A stretch of 64,000 nucleotides of DNA from Lingula anatina (taxonomy: Eukaryota; Animalia; Brachiopoda), in contig CM120643.1 in NCBI GenBank assembly GCA_051362555.1, positions 21,890,848 through 21,954,847 of the forward strand, in the 5' to 3' direction. Shown one piece after another: positions 14,046-28,769 of this stretch (position 1 is its first letter; every line of letters begins with the position of its first letter). A program made the position numbers and the translations under genes. The notes under the pieces are model-generated. The model did not search any database. It was given only the letters and a program-made list of their open reading frames with translations, and had not been told where the DNA came from.

Positions 14046-17000
14046 TCTGAGATATCTCTTCTTCCCCTTCTCCCTCCCATAAAGTGATAACAAGCAAAAT
14101 GACAGTCAATTTTTCCATCTCTGAAAACCCCATCAAACTTTGATAGAATTGTCCCCTTCTACTATTTCTTATTTGCCTAGAGAAGCAAGGCAGTGTTTTT
14201 TATCCATTCGTAACAGTACTAGTAAACAGATATGAAATTCTTGTGTTACAGGAAACCTCAACATCCCGTATCTGAGGCATGCATGCACATCTGTTTTCAA
14301 GTGATGATTTTTTGTTATGTGGAAGATATCACCTGTGCCCTTGACTTTGCTGTTTACATGGAAAAAGTTCAAAGCTTATGAGATAGATATTTGAAGTGGT
14401 TAAGAGAGATAGAATATGTTTTGCTGTAGGGCTTCAGTGTGTTTTTTAATGGTTTAAGAAAAGTAGAATACATGCTGATACCAAAAAAATTATATACAGT
14501 TTTTGATTTGATTTATTAATTGTTTTTGTTTTGTGTAACTAAATATTGTTGTCACTCTTTTATCATGGAGTTGCTGCCTCAGAGATGATGCCTGGAATAG
14601 AGTCTGCTTCAGCACCTGCTGCTCCTACAAACTGTCACATAAACCAATATGTTACACCTGACACAATGCCAGCTCAACCACAGTGGCACACTTATCACAT
14701 GATTACATCTAACATGTTGTCACCCAGAACACAGTGTCAGATGGAATATGCCATATCACACCTGGTACAGTTTCACACCTACCACAATTTCACACATATC
14801 ACATCGTCACATAATTTCACTCCCAGCATGTTGTTAATTTTAGCACTATCTACTGGGGTGATCAGGGTCGTAGGACAATTGAACATGCACAACTGGATGG
14901 TTCTGTGAGAGGGACTCTGGTCAGAAAGGGAATATATTGGCCAAATCAGCTGACCATCAATTATGCAGATAGGTAAGAGGTAACAGTTGGATTTGGATAT
15001 TGCTGCATACTAAACAGTAAACATACTTAGTTGAGGTCATATTTCTACAAGATTGCTGGTGTGAACTGGACCCAGTTTGGAAAACATTTTAATACCTGAA
15101 TTATATATATGTTGCAGAAAGAGATTTTTGCTGAGCCTAACAAAAATACAATTTTACATAATGCTTTGGTCACTTCACTGTACCCTGAGTTTCATAGGCC
15201 ATTTCAAAACTCACCTCTCTACTTAGTATCAGCATACCTGAGCTGTTACCAGTATACTGGTATAGAAAGGCGATTTTTCAGTGTCCTCTGAAACTCGGGG
15301 TGCTTCACTATCATACTATCACCTTGACTTGTTTTTTGTGTGTGACAGCATATTGTACTTGAAATAGCCTAATTACCACACTAGCACACACGTGTACTCT
15401 GCCATGTCCATTATTATATTGAATGATGCTCTTTGTCACCCTTATTATATATTGCTGCGTAATAGAGGCTCTCTTCTTTACAGTAAGTTATACTGGGTAG
15501 ATGCTTGGAACAAGACAGTGTGGTCATGTGACCTGGATGGAAGCCACGCCCAAGTCCAGTATGATTTCCGCGACACTCTTCAAGCCAACCCATTGTTTGG
15601 CATAGCAGCTGATGGTACGTACAGTATTCATTTCAGTGTGATTCATTGAATATGAGAATTTATAATAAAAACTAAATTTCCACAATAGAGGAAATTACTT
15701 GTTTTATCTCTCTGCAGCTAGTATCATGATGCCAATCATTGCTGGCTGGCACATCCAGGACTATTACAAACAGGAGGGGTGCAAAATTGGTAGATAATAA
15801 TACAGCATAGCTGTATGGCTCATAGCAGCTTTTATCCCTGCCATGCAAAAATACCAGCTTTGCCCTAAGCCCAAAGCTACATTCAACTTATTTTGTAGTT
15901 ATTATAATAATACTTGTAATAGCCACCAAACTCACTTGCCCATTCATATCACTGACATATTTTTCTTATTCTACCATAAATTTAACACAATGTCAAATAT
16001 AATATTAAGATAATAACTTATAGTAGGGAGCCAAACTCCAAAAGCCTTCAAAAGCCTTCCAGTAAGCAGATTCATAAACCCCAGATATCAGACTCTCCGA
16101 CGATATATTAAAAAATTTTATATCATAAACATTTTTTTCACCCTTATTTTTAGCCTTGGCTCCCCAACTATTAATTGTAGCAATTGTCACATGCTGTGAA
16201 ATTGAAAAGACTGCCATTTGACAAATTTTAGTTTTATCACATTGTCACAACTAACACAATGTCACTCATCAGTTATTCTAGCCTTATATGCCTAATCTTA
16301 ATTTTCTTTCTGTATTTCTAAAAGGAACAACCATGTACTTCAGCACATGGTACAATGGTGCCATCTTTTCTACAGACCTTGATAAAAAGAACAATTCCGT
16401 GAAAGTTGTCTTGGAGGGGATGACAGGAGGGGAAATGTTCAGCATCACAGTTGCCAGCTCAGCAGGCCAACCAATGGGTAAGCATCTTTAATGGTTACCT
16501 TTTTTTCGCAAGTGAATTTTATTTTATCTTCAGAAATACATACACTCATCAGCTGATGAGCAATATGTACTGATACAACATACAGTGAGTTAACCCAATT
16601 CCCCAAGTGCTTCCTATCTTAGGCTTCGTTCACATGCAATGTCTATTTTCTATTTTCTATTTTCTATTTTCGGTATGTCTTATGATCACGGTCTGTGCAC
16701 TGAATATCCCGCCGCGTAATTACTGGCAGCGCGAGCCAGTTACTTATAGTAACTTATAGTAACTGGCTCGCGCTGCCAGTAATTACGCGGCGGGATATTC
16801 AGTGCACAGACCGTGATCATAAGACATACCGAAAATAGAAAATAGACATTGCATGTGAACGAAGCCTTAGACAAGCCTGCCAGTCATTTGTTTATGTTCA
16901 GAGTTATTCTAAGTCTGTTCCCAGCGGGTCCTGTTGACTTGGCCCTGGTGTTAGTTTTTATACTCTGGGGTGCATGGTCACAAATATGGGTATGAATACA

Positions 17001-17462
17001 TACAGTGCATCAGGTCATTTAGTGTGCATTTTTCTGCTGTGTTATGGTACAGGTATTGGCATTTTACAGTAGCTATCGGTGTGAGATGGAATTATTTCAT
17101 AGTTTGGTTATTTATCCAACTAAAAATGAATATGAGGCCCAAGTTCTTGTGTAAAATGTATTTAGATTTTAACCTTTCAGGGTGATTCCCAGTCATGCTG
17201 TCCTTTAACACTTAACAACTTCAATCCTACATTAATAATGACCTGTTCTTATGATATCCACTTTGATTTATATATCCTTATGACCGATAGCTAATTGATA
17301 TCAACATTTACATTGTCACACCAAGCACACTTTCACATCCAACAACATCAAGCTGTCACATCTACATGTAACCCTGTCATACCTAACATTTTGTCATATC
17401 TAGAACTCTGGGTTATCTTGTACTTGTTGAAGGAAACCCATCCAAAATATCAGTGGAAGTGT

Positions 17463-17493
<31 letters not shown>

Positions 17494-20400
17494 GGGAAGG
17501 GCTCACATTTTTTACCTTGTTCGGAATAACTGCATATAAAAAAACTTGCTTAAAGAAAAAGATTCACTTGATCCTGTGGACCCCAGAATAATAAACACTT
17601 ACAAATAGAATAACTTAATAGAAATTAGTACTCTCAAACTCATTCTCAGCCATTTTATTTTTTACTTTTCCAGCAGCTGTGAATCTGTGTGACAACAAAG
17701 CACACTGTAGCCATTTCTGCTTCACCAGGAAGAGTAAGCAGGATTATGTCTGCAGGTGCCCTACATATGGTGGACTGGCACTGGCTTCAGATAACAAGAC
17801 ATGTACAGGTACAAGTACAAGGAATTCACATATTGTTTATACGTTAAAAGGACATACAACTTTTACCCATGCAGTGAGATCTTGAGTTTTGCTTACATGG
17901 GGAGGGGGTTGGGAAACAAGTATGGATTATAAATTGAGCAATTGCTGAGGGAAGAGAGGCAAATATAAAACAGTAGACATGTTCTTTTTTTATTAAATTA
18001 ATATATGTAAAGGTGGACAGGGTGATAAATTTTCTCGCCTGCTTTGGATTTGTTATTGTTTTTACATACAATATTATCGCAGTGTGTTGTGTCTACTGTC
18101 GTTTTTGCTAATATTGCCTTGCACTTTTCATTGTTTATGCTGCAATAAATGGACGACTTTGCAATGTGTATCCTCAGACATACTGGAATAATTCATAGCA
18201 ATTAAATACTGGTGTAATGTAAGTCAGGTAATTAATCGCATCAAAAAGCCACTGGCGAAGATAAAAAAAGCTATTTAATCATCCTCTATTGCATTTATTT
18301 TATGCAGTTTCCTTAAATTTAAATCAATATATGAAAATATGTAATTGCATACAATTAAGAAAAGATCTGAGATGATTCAAGACAAGGCATTTTGAATGGC
18401 TTATTTGCCACAATATAGCAACTAAAGGCAAACTGCTGTCTAAAGGCAAACTTTTTACATGTGGTGCACTTAAGGCCAAAGCCAGCTGGCCAATTGAAAA
18501 ATATCCCCAATAGATATACACAGCACAACACATGTTCAGGTACATGGAGTTTGTTTTAAATGAGAGTAACTATAATACTTTGAAAAAGGCTGTAAAGGTA
18601 TGGTACATGTACAGGAAGTAGGGGCTAAATATAGATCAAAAGACCAGTATTTATCTGAGTAGGGTGTGTGTTTTGGGCAATGAAAAATGACACTAAAAAC
18701 ATAAATGTACGTAACACTTGGCAGTTACTGAAGAGAAGGAAGTACAAGTAAGAGCTAACTTAAGGTAAAAAGCTGTGCACTTGATGCATGGACTCACTGC
18801 CGGGAAACATGTAGGTGTTGTCTGTGATTCTTTTGATAAAGATAACATATTGAGGAATGTACAGAATATACATGCTGTCAAGCCTGATGGATCCACTGTT
18901 TTGAAGTCTTGACTGCGTGGGGTCTGTGCTTGGGTGTGTGCACAGCAAGGTGCTTGTTTGCAGTACTGGTCTTTCACCAACCAGTATTGCCAAGCTTCTG
19001 TGGTATCTGTTTGATTTTGTTTGTTGCATGTAATTTTTAAGAACTGTTGATATTGGAAATTACCAGAGAGGTAGATTTTTAGTGACAGTTAGCACCTCCC
19101 CCTCAAAACATTGCTCTGGGCTTTTTTTTTTTTTGATGCCTTAATATTTCTTTCTTTATTAAAAAAATTGGAACACATAATAGGATAAGATAAGCAAGGA
19201 GACTACCAAATCTTATGTTACATAGAGTGCAGTCATCAAATCAGGAGACATTTCAAAATTGAGAAGGTTGACAGGCCTGATTTACTAGTAAGTGTGATGG
19301 GGCTAAAAATTTAATATGAAACAGGATTTGTTGAAATCGCACAATAAGCTATATTGCTGTGTTTACATTTCAGGACACATTTCATGTGTAAATTTTTAAT
19401 GTTCATAGTATAAATTTATTTTTCTTGAGACTGTCCACTAATTATAACTTCTTCATTTCCAAATTTTTCTTCTCCAGAGCCAACTGACTACCTGTTTTGG
19501 ACCAAGAAAGACACAGGTCAGGTTGGATATCTCAACCCAAGTAAACTGTACAATGGTGACACCTATCTTGTGGCACAGAGTAGCAGACCAGTAGCAGTGG
19601 CTTATGATCCTGTCGATAAGGTACGGAATCAACAAGAAATTGTAAGGTTAATAATGTTCTGATTTTAATGGATAATTAATAAAAGTTATTGAAATTATTA
19701 TATATTGATGAGAAACAAGATGTTTGCCACAAGACAAAGTAGTGCTAGTAAATAAATGTGTATACTGTCATTTGGTAGTAATTAAAGGTATGACACATTA
19801 AAATTGTTAAATGGTTTAATGCAATAATTATATTTATTTAATTATAGGATAATAAGGCATTAACTACTCATATATACTGGTATATGGTACACAGGGTCTA
19901 GTTGAAAAACATTAAAATGCACTCAAGAAATTATTGAATTATTCAGGAATTATATTATACGTAATTTTGTAATAATTCATGCAGAAACGATATTTTGAGG
20001 GTGCTTCATCTATATATAACAGGCTATGCTGCTTTGATTATAGCAAGTCTACTGGAGTGATGTGAGGGAGAAAAGTGTGTACCGTGCTAACCTGAATGGA
20101 ACATCTAAACAACTATTTTTACCCCATACAGCAGGGATTGGGGTGGTTGATGGTGAGTTGAGAAATGTGACAGTCTCTCTCTCTGTCACTCTCTCTTTCT
20201 CTCAGTTACAGGACAGTGATGTTTGTTTTTATTATATGATCACATTATGATATATATTGATGGTAAATACAGTAATACTAATGAAACAATAAAATAATTA
20301 TTTAACATTATAAACTAAAGCAGTTGATTAGCTAAAACTTTGAATATTTCAGGTTTGGCAGTGGACTGGAGGCACAGGAGGCTTTACTTCACCAACAGGA

Positions 20401-23400
20401 GGCAGCCCACTCAGGAAGGGAGGGTGGTCGACGCTGTTTGGCACAAAATAGAAATGGTCAGTCTGGACAGGACTGAACGCTGGGCAGTAACAACACTGCC
20501 AGAGAAACCAAGGGGGCTGGTTGTTGATGGGGAGAAGGGGTAAGGATATGGTCAGGTATGATAGAAAGATTTGAATGAAAGATGGCGTTCTCTTAGTTAT
20601 AACATTTTAACTCCTCTGAATTCGGAATCGGTGGATTTAGATATCCAATAAAGTTCAACTGGGATCTGTTTTGTTGCATTCAATGGGAATAAGAAACCAA
20701 AAAGAAAAGTGGAAAAAAATTGTGACAACAAATTCAAAAACAATTTTACTGAAAAAGTTAGTTACAAAGCAAGTAAAATCGATCAGGTCTTGTGAGGTTT
20801 GTTGCACATTGTGTTAGTTGTGACACTAAGAAATAATATGATGGCTTGAATTGATTTGATTGTTTTAGGTGAACCAGGATGAAAATTCATGGTAGCAAAT
20901 TAAGTACAATTTTTTTCAAAAGCACCAACATATTTACTTCTCTCGGGATGTGTTAACAGATGTGATTGTACAGTAGACAGTCTAGACCTTAGCCTTTTTG
21001 GTGAAATTTGCCATGGATCATTAAAACCAAAAGATGGAGTTATGGGCTTAATGAAGTCTGGTTGGTGAGCTTTGACATCACTTTCACTTTCACTTTACCA
21101 GGTACCTGTACTATACGGACTGGGGTAAGCACCCTAAAGTAATCAGAACTGAACTAGATGGTGCAAACCCAGCAGTTTTACGGGACACCAACATCAGCAA
21201 TCCAAACAGCCTGAGTTTGTACCAGGGAAAACTTTACATGGTGGACTCCAACTATAACCGCAAGGCAAGGAGGCCGTATGTGGCTGTTTATGATACAGAG
21301 ACAGGGATTTGGAATGATATGGAGGGTCCTTTGGTGAATGTCCAAGTGAGTGTAGTTAAGAATTGACTTCTGACAGAATGAGTTTTTTTTTTTATAAAAG
21401 CAATCGATAATATTTCCCAAATTATCAAATTATATTTTATGATTTGTGCATAAAGTTTTGATTAAAAAAATTAACCTTTTGCCATCACCAAACATATACA
21501 AAAACTTATAAAATGAACTTATAAAAAAACTGTAATATTTAATGAGCTGTTGTAAACAACAGTAGTAATGAATTGTGAGTGAAAGAAACATACTTTTATC
21601 TTAATTACAATTTTCTTTGGTTATTCAATTTATATCTTGAAAATAGACAGTGTCACATATTTTAATTTTTTTCAATTTAAATTTTTAAATAAGTGTATCA
21701 TTATACTTCCCTAGGTCCCCCTGTCCATAGCATCCTTTGGTCAGCATATTGTCCTGAGTGAGTGGACAGGTCAGCAGAAGGACATGGGCAGACTGACCAT
21801 CTACAGTATGGACAGTGGGGAGAGCCAGAACCTGTCTGTCTATGGGAACCCTACTGGGCTGTTCTCTAGTACAGCCTCAGTTAGCCATACAGGTACGGAG
21901 GTACAAGAAGGGGAATAATTTCTAAAGAGTCAGACTAGTTTGGTTGCTGTTATAACTAACAGTTTATGACAGCTTGTATAAAAAATTTGTGACACCATTC
22001 AGAAATGCATAGTTATATAATAGCTTCTTACAGGGATCTCCTCTATTTTTTTATGATATCAGATATTTTTTGTGTGTTGTCTTAAATTTGTTTGTGTATG
22101 TAACATGTACACAACTGTACTTGAAGATTTGGGCATTTATAAAACGATTGCATTTTCACCAAAAATATATAATTTTAAAATTTGCAGAAAACATCAGCTT
22201 AGTTTGCTCGGCCAGCAACTGTGATGACATCTGTATCCCAACCCCACCAGAGAGTGGTACAGAGTGCCGCTGTCAGTGCAGTGACCTGACTGGCAAAGTG
22301 CTGTCAAAAAATGGGAAGAGCTGTGTTGGTAAGTATTCATAAAGAGGCAGCTTTGGGGATGGTTTTATGTTATCTTTGAATACTGACCAAAATTTCTCTC
22401 ATTTTGAATAAAAGATACAGAAATATAGGTCATTTTCTCAGTAAAATAAGTATTGTGACTGGGCATATTTTGGTTTGCTCACAAGTAATCTTTTACTGTA
22501 ATAGCTGAATTTATGGAATTGTTGGACCTACATGTACTGGTATTCATAACTGTCAATTTCTTTTAGTAGCCTTATTTGATTGTTTAAACATATTTAGAAT
22601 TAGAATTTTTTTATTTTTAGCACCTGAAAATTTTGTCCTCTTTGCTGACCTAAACACCATCAAGCTGATCAACCTGGACAATCCAAGTGATAGGCATATC
22701 TATACACTGGTTCAGGGCAGTTATAATGCCAACTTTGTGGCCATGGTGTATGAACAGAAAGAAAGGAGGATATTTTGGGCAGACTTGAAAAGGTACAGTG
22801 TGCCATCTGCCTGAAAGTGATTTGTTTAATAAGTGTTGTACATGTGCCTGTCTTTTATTCCCACTGTTTTAGTCATATGTTCAAGATTTTTTCCTCAAAT
22901 GTCATAAAACAAAATCAATGCTTGTATGTGTAATCCTTTTAATATTTGTGCAGTTTTCCTGGGCAATGAATTAATCTACAATGTTAAATTGGACACAGGC
23001 ATAGAGTACAGTGTCAAGTAAAATTTCATCTATTTACATTGTCAAATAAATTGTCATATATTTGCCTTTTTGTAAACTTAATTAAATAAGTGCCATAATA
23101 TAGTAGCCTAGTAAATGTATATCAGTGCTGGAAATTATTGTTTTATTTACAGTCCCAGGCTTCTGACTGTACCTCTAGATTCTCCTGGTAATGTCACCAC
23201 CCTCCTGCACCTAAACTATGCAATAGACAGTATGGTCATTGTTGACCAGTTCAGGACACAAACTGACCAGTCGAGGAATTCTACTGACCATTCCATACCT
23301 ATGGCCGACTCATCTAGCGTGGTATCTCACACAGATAAATGGTCTGGCATGATTAATGACCAGTTCATTGCAGTAACGGATCAGTCCTCAAAGATGACCA

Positions 23401-26265
23401 ATGGCTCTGTTGAGATAAGCAATCAGGCAAATAATCAGACTGATCAGACTACTGAAAGGTCTATTAAGACCACTGACTGGTCAAGCAAGACCACTGATGG
23501 GTCTAGCAAGATCTTTGAGTGGTCAAGCAAGACCTATGATGGGTCTGGTCAGATCACAGATGGGACTGGTCAGCACACAGATGGGTCAAGCCAGACCACT
23601 ATGCAATATAATACAGACCAGACCAAGGCAGTTACTGTTATGTCCAGAACTTCCACAGTCAAGCCAAGTAAAAGACCTGGACATTCCCTGCTCTACTGGG
23701 TGGGCTATAATGCCACAGTGGGTCTAATAGCATGTGCAGAACTAAGTGACAGTGGTCAGTTGGTTCCAAGGATACTGACCACTGGGCTGGTACTGCCCAG
23801 AGCTTTGGCTGTAGATTCACAAAATGGGTTAGTTGATCATTATAATGAAGTTGTTACCATGCAAATTATTGTAATATTAATACTTGGTTGGTTACAGTTG
23901 ATTTATATCTAAATGGGCTAGACCAACTTACATGTACATGTACATGTCAAGTTTTCTGCCTTGTAAAGCACTGGTTTGATATTTATGGTAATTATTTTAA
24001 AAGACTTGAACCACAAATTATTATTTCCCTATCCTGTGCTTTGTTAGTATTAGTATTACATTAAAATGTTAATTCAGAAGTTTTGAAAAGTTAGTTGGCT
24101 TCATATCAATGAGTCCATTGTTGTGTTTAAAAATAATAAATCTTAAAAAAGTGAAACAAAAGAAAATTAAAGTAACATGTTTGAATATTTAATTTAAGTA
24201 TTTACAGTATTGTTCATGAAATGTGAATATAAGGAAAAAAAACTTGAACTTTACTAATCTCAAGATAAAACACTTATTAAACAGTATATTCACTTTTGTA
24301 CTGTCTTATTTTTTCTCAGTTTCATCTACTGGACAGAATATGGCCTTCATCCCAGCATCAAAAGAGTGACCACTGATGGTCATAATATGCAAACAGTGGC
24401 CAGTGATAGTTTGAGGTGGCCAAATTCTGTTATTGTCCACCCAGCCCCAGATGTCAGCTCTTCATTTTTGCTTGTTGCTGACGGATATTACAGAAGGATA
24501 GAAAAAATGAGATTAGACGGTAAATTTATGTAAAAATGTACTATTTTCACTGCTGTTGGATAGGTACATATTTTTCTATGCAAATTTAAGAAGTTGTGAT
24601 TATTTTGTGATATTCCACAGTTACTGTGCTGTTAATTGTTTCTTGTCAATGATTTAGGAACTACCTAGCTTGACAGGGTGCACGTTTTCTAATACCACTT
24701 TTAACATAATTAAAAATAAAAATAGGCTCCTTGTATCACTAAAATCCTCTGCTTTTAGGGTCCCTACGGCATGAGTTGAAAATTACTGAAGATCTGCCAC
24801 ATATCTATGGTATGGCACTTTACAGTGACAGATTGCTTTTCTTTACTGACTGGACTGGAAGCAGGATAGGCTATGTTGTCATGGATACAGGGCAGGTTAT
24901 CACCATGGCAACAAATTTATATAGACCAACTGCAATTGCCTTCCAAATATCCAGAGAAGGAGGTAAAATGATGATTTTGTGTTTCTTTAAAGATCATATA
25001 TTTTCATTTAATATTTGTGAGCTTGTAAGTGGTAAATTAGTTCCTTAGATTGAAAATATTATAACAGGTTCCACTGAATTTTCCCCAATATTGAATATTT
25101 CCATGAAAAATTTCAATTTTATTATTATTATTTCCATGCTTTTGCTAAAATACCTGGAAATTATTCAGGATGTCTACAAGCAGTGACTTGCCCTGTCTTA
25201 ACTATCAACTTTTTTTCTTAATTTTCTGTTGTAGAAAATATTCTGTTTTCATTGATGGATAAAATAAAGTCAGAGGTAGACACTACTTCCTCTGAAGGAA
25301 ATACAACAAAGGCCCAGGAGAGCACTACCTTTTCTTGGGTGAATTCAACAAGTGCAGCAGAGAACACCACTGTCCATGAAATGAATATAACAGAAACAAT
25401 TAATATAGCAAATGAAACTTTATCTGTGATAAATGCAACAGACAGCTCTGAGAACACTACTTTATCTTGGATAAATACTTCTATAGCACTGGAAGAAACA
25501 ACACTTACTGCATGGAATAATAATACAACTGCTGTGACAGAGGAATCCACCTATTCTAGCAGTAATACCACTGAGGTATTAGGGGATACCACTACCTCAG
25601 CTGATTTGGAAGATGGTAAGTTGGGCATCAAATTGGGTCTTTATCATGATGGTCTTTACTTACATAGTGGCTGATAATTTAGAGTATCACTTTTATGAAA
25701 TAATGGATTTTTCATGTAGTTAAATTTGATAAAACCTTATTTAAAGAAATTATTAAAAGATTTAACTGAAGTGAATATGAGAGTTTTCTACATAATTATA
25801 CACAAAATGTAAATGTGTAATAGTAAATCATTGATAATATACTTTTAATTTGTATTTTACGTAAAAAATCTCATAGCAGACATGACAACAAAAAGTATGA
25901 TCACTGTCTCAACTTTATATCCCAAATAAAAGTAGCCATAATATGAATTTTTTTTCTTTTTAGGATGTGACCCACCTACAAAACCTGTCACTGGAGGCCG
26001 TCTTGACTGTGAAAACAACTACTGCCATCTGGTGTGCAATGAGGAGACACACAGACTCAATCCTCAGTTTACAAAGCTGGCTGTGCCTGGTGCTCTCTGT
26101 AGAAATGGAACATGGGACAATTTGCCCATGTTTTACTCTGAACAGTCTTGTTTAGGTAAGTTTTTTTTTAATATTTATTTCTAGATTTGATTTAGTTTTT
26201 TGTTTGCTCTTATATTTATTGAAGTGTGCTTGAATTTCATTTCATAATCCATTCATGAAAAGTTT

Positions 26266-26308
<43 letters not shown>

Positions 26309-28734
26309 TTTCAGAAATAAGGAAGAACTACAGAGTTTTGGCAGAATATAAGATGTCACTAAAAGGAAGATGTATTTCTGACCAAACAGAACTCTTGGCC
26401 AAAATGAAAGACATAATACTTCAAAAAATGAAATCAAGAGGAATATGCTCTTCACTGAAATCAGGAGAGATACCGTGTAAACCCCAACTGAAGTTGAATC
26501 TTAACTGTCACAGAAAACAAAAGAGTAAAAAGAAATTATTGGAAGTAGTTTCCTCTTCAACTCAAAAGAAGAGACGCTCATATGCAGAAGTCACAAGCAC
26601 ACATTCCAACTTGAATAAATATAATTCATCAGACAAAAGCCGAAGGTCAGTTTTAAGACCAAAATCAACTATGATGTCTAGGAGAAAAAATAGTCACAAC
26701 CCAGTTGAACAAAACTCTTTATCTCCATTAATTAGTCCATCCAGGTTACAAATCCACAGCAGAATGTTGTGGCGTAGAAGCACTGCCAGAGATGAAGCTG
26801 CTGCTACACTAAATCAGAACAGAGTAAAAGAAGCAGGTGATTTGAACACTGAGAGAACAGTGTACTTTGTCTCTTCAAGAAAAAATATTAAAGAGGAGGC
26901 AGAGGAGTCTTATGGAGATGTAGCACCATTTAGAAAACTTTCTACCAGAAGTCTCAGGGAGGTGGCATACAATACACAGAGTGAGGATGCAGATACCATG
27001 GAGCTGTTTTTGACTTTGCAAATTGATGCTAGGTAGAGATGTTTTCAACATGCACAAGTCACATTCATAGGCATGCATGCACTGTACACTCCTCAAACAC
27101 ATATTTCTGATGCAGCTAACACATCAAGCTGTTGCAATGTTCTTGATTCAACATTGTGTCAACATTCATAAAGAGCTCCCATTTCATACTCTCTCACACA
27201 TTTTTACATCTTTGCCATGCCTCACAGTAACTGTCAACTGGACAATAGCCAACATAGCTATGTCACAATGACCTTTCACTTGACTCGCCCAGCACACTTG
27301 TCACTGCTAACACATTTGTCATAAAAATATGTCACTTCATTATCAAAAGCATAGTAATGGAATCAAATGGAAATAACTATGATTACTTATTCATCATTCA
27401 ATAGTGGCTCTCCAAATGAAGACAACATCACCGATGCCATCCAAGCAGCAGCAGCCAGTCTACAAGACTTGGTCAACTCTGGCCGTGGCCTGAGAGTGGA
27501 CAGTGGTCAATACGAGAGCATTCCAGGAAGTCTGAAGATCATTAGTCACAGGTGGACATGTCCTGAGGGACAGATTAAAGTGGAGGAAGTGTGTGGTATG
27601 TGTATAACATTTCATCTGGGATCAAATCATGTGAGGAATAGTCAACCAGCATATCTGATTGTTATATTCAGCTGTTACTGGCTTGTTAGGTCTGTATGAG
27701 TCATCAACATATGATATTTGCCAGTATGTTTACTGTTGATAAGAGAGTGTTCATGCTGAGGGAATCTTTTTTTGTCTTCCACATAAATATCTATAATCTT
27801 GTATTTTGAGGCTAGGTGATCCAAAAATGTTCAGCAAAGTCATCCAAAATGATTATGATTTATTAATATTCTTATATATTAAATAAAAAAGTGCTTTTCA
27901 GAATACCTCTTTAGATTGAATGCATGTTGATTTACTGTGTTATATAAGGTCAATTTATATGTCTCTCAACAAGAACCACTACCCAAACAACCTATTATTA
28001 TTTAAAAAAAGGAAAACGGCCAAATTGGTGTAACAGTACTTATGTGTCAAAAACAATTACCTGTATAGTGGTTGTAGGGGATGTTTATCGAGGCAAAGTA
28101 CTGATATACCTGAAATATTTGATAAAGCGGAATTTGAAAGAATACATAATACTAGTATATCAAAACCCAGATCATTTGTATATTTTAAATTAAAATTACA
28201 GTGGCCTGTCCCAGAGGTAGCTTCCACAACAATTCCTCACCAGATGGCGCCAGTGAGTGTAGCGTGTGTGGACCAGGGACATACCAGGACTTACAGGCCC
28301 AGACTACCTGTAAACTTTGTCCAGATGGCACTGTGTCACTGGCTGGCAGTACACATGTACACCAATGTGAGTACAGCACTGTTTGCCCTGTATGTTTGCT
28401 GCAAATCTTTCCTGATTTTTGGCAAAGTTTCAGGAATCTGGCATATTTCCTATGTGCAATATGACAGCATATCATGTATTTACTTTAAAATTAAGAATGT
28501 AGACATGACAGCATGCAAAATTTGAAAAATGAAAATATTTTAAAGATACTAAGGCTTTCAGGTTATGGGTAAGAGAGTTTATAAAAAAAGTTCCAACATA
28601 CTCAATATAACCAGATTTTACGAATCTGATTAATTCAGAATCTTGTAATGATAAATTATAGCATATCTATATGTGATAGGGATAATGCATGGTAATAAAG
28701 CTTGTTTATCTCGAGAAATTTAATCTCATACCTC

Positions 28735-28769
<35 letters not shown>

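Noticed and set aside
28702-28768. Poly-Tyr N-terminus of ORF 28702-29307
   Set aside because: It is an intronic (TAT)n microsatellite upstream of the true acceptor at 28767-28768.
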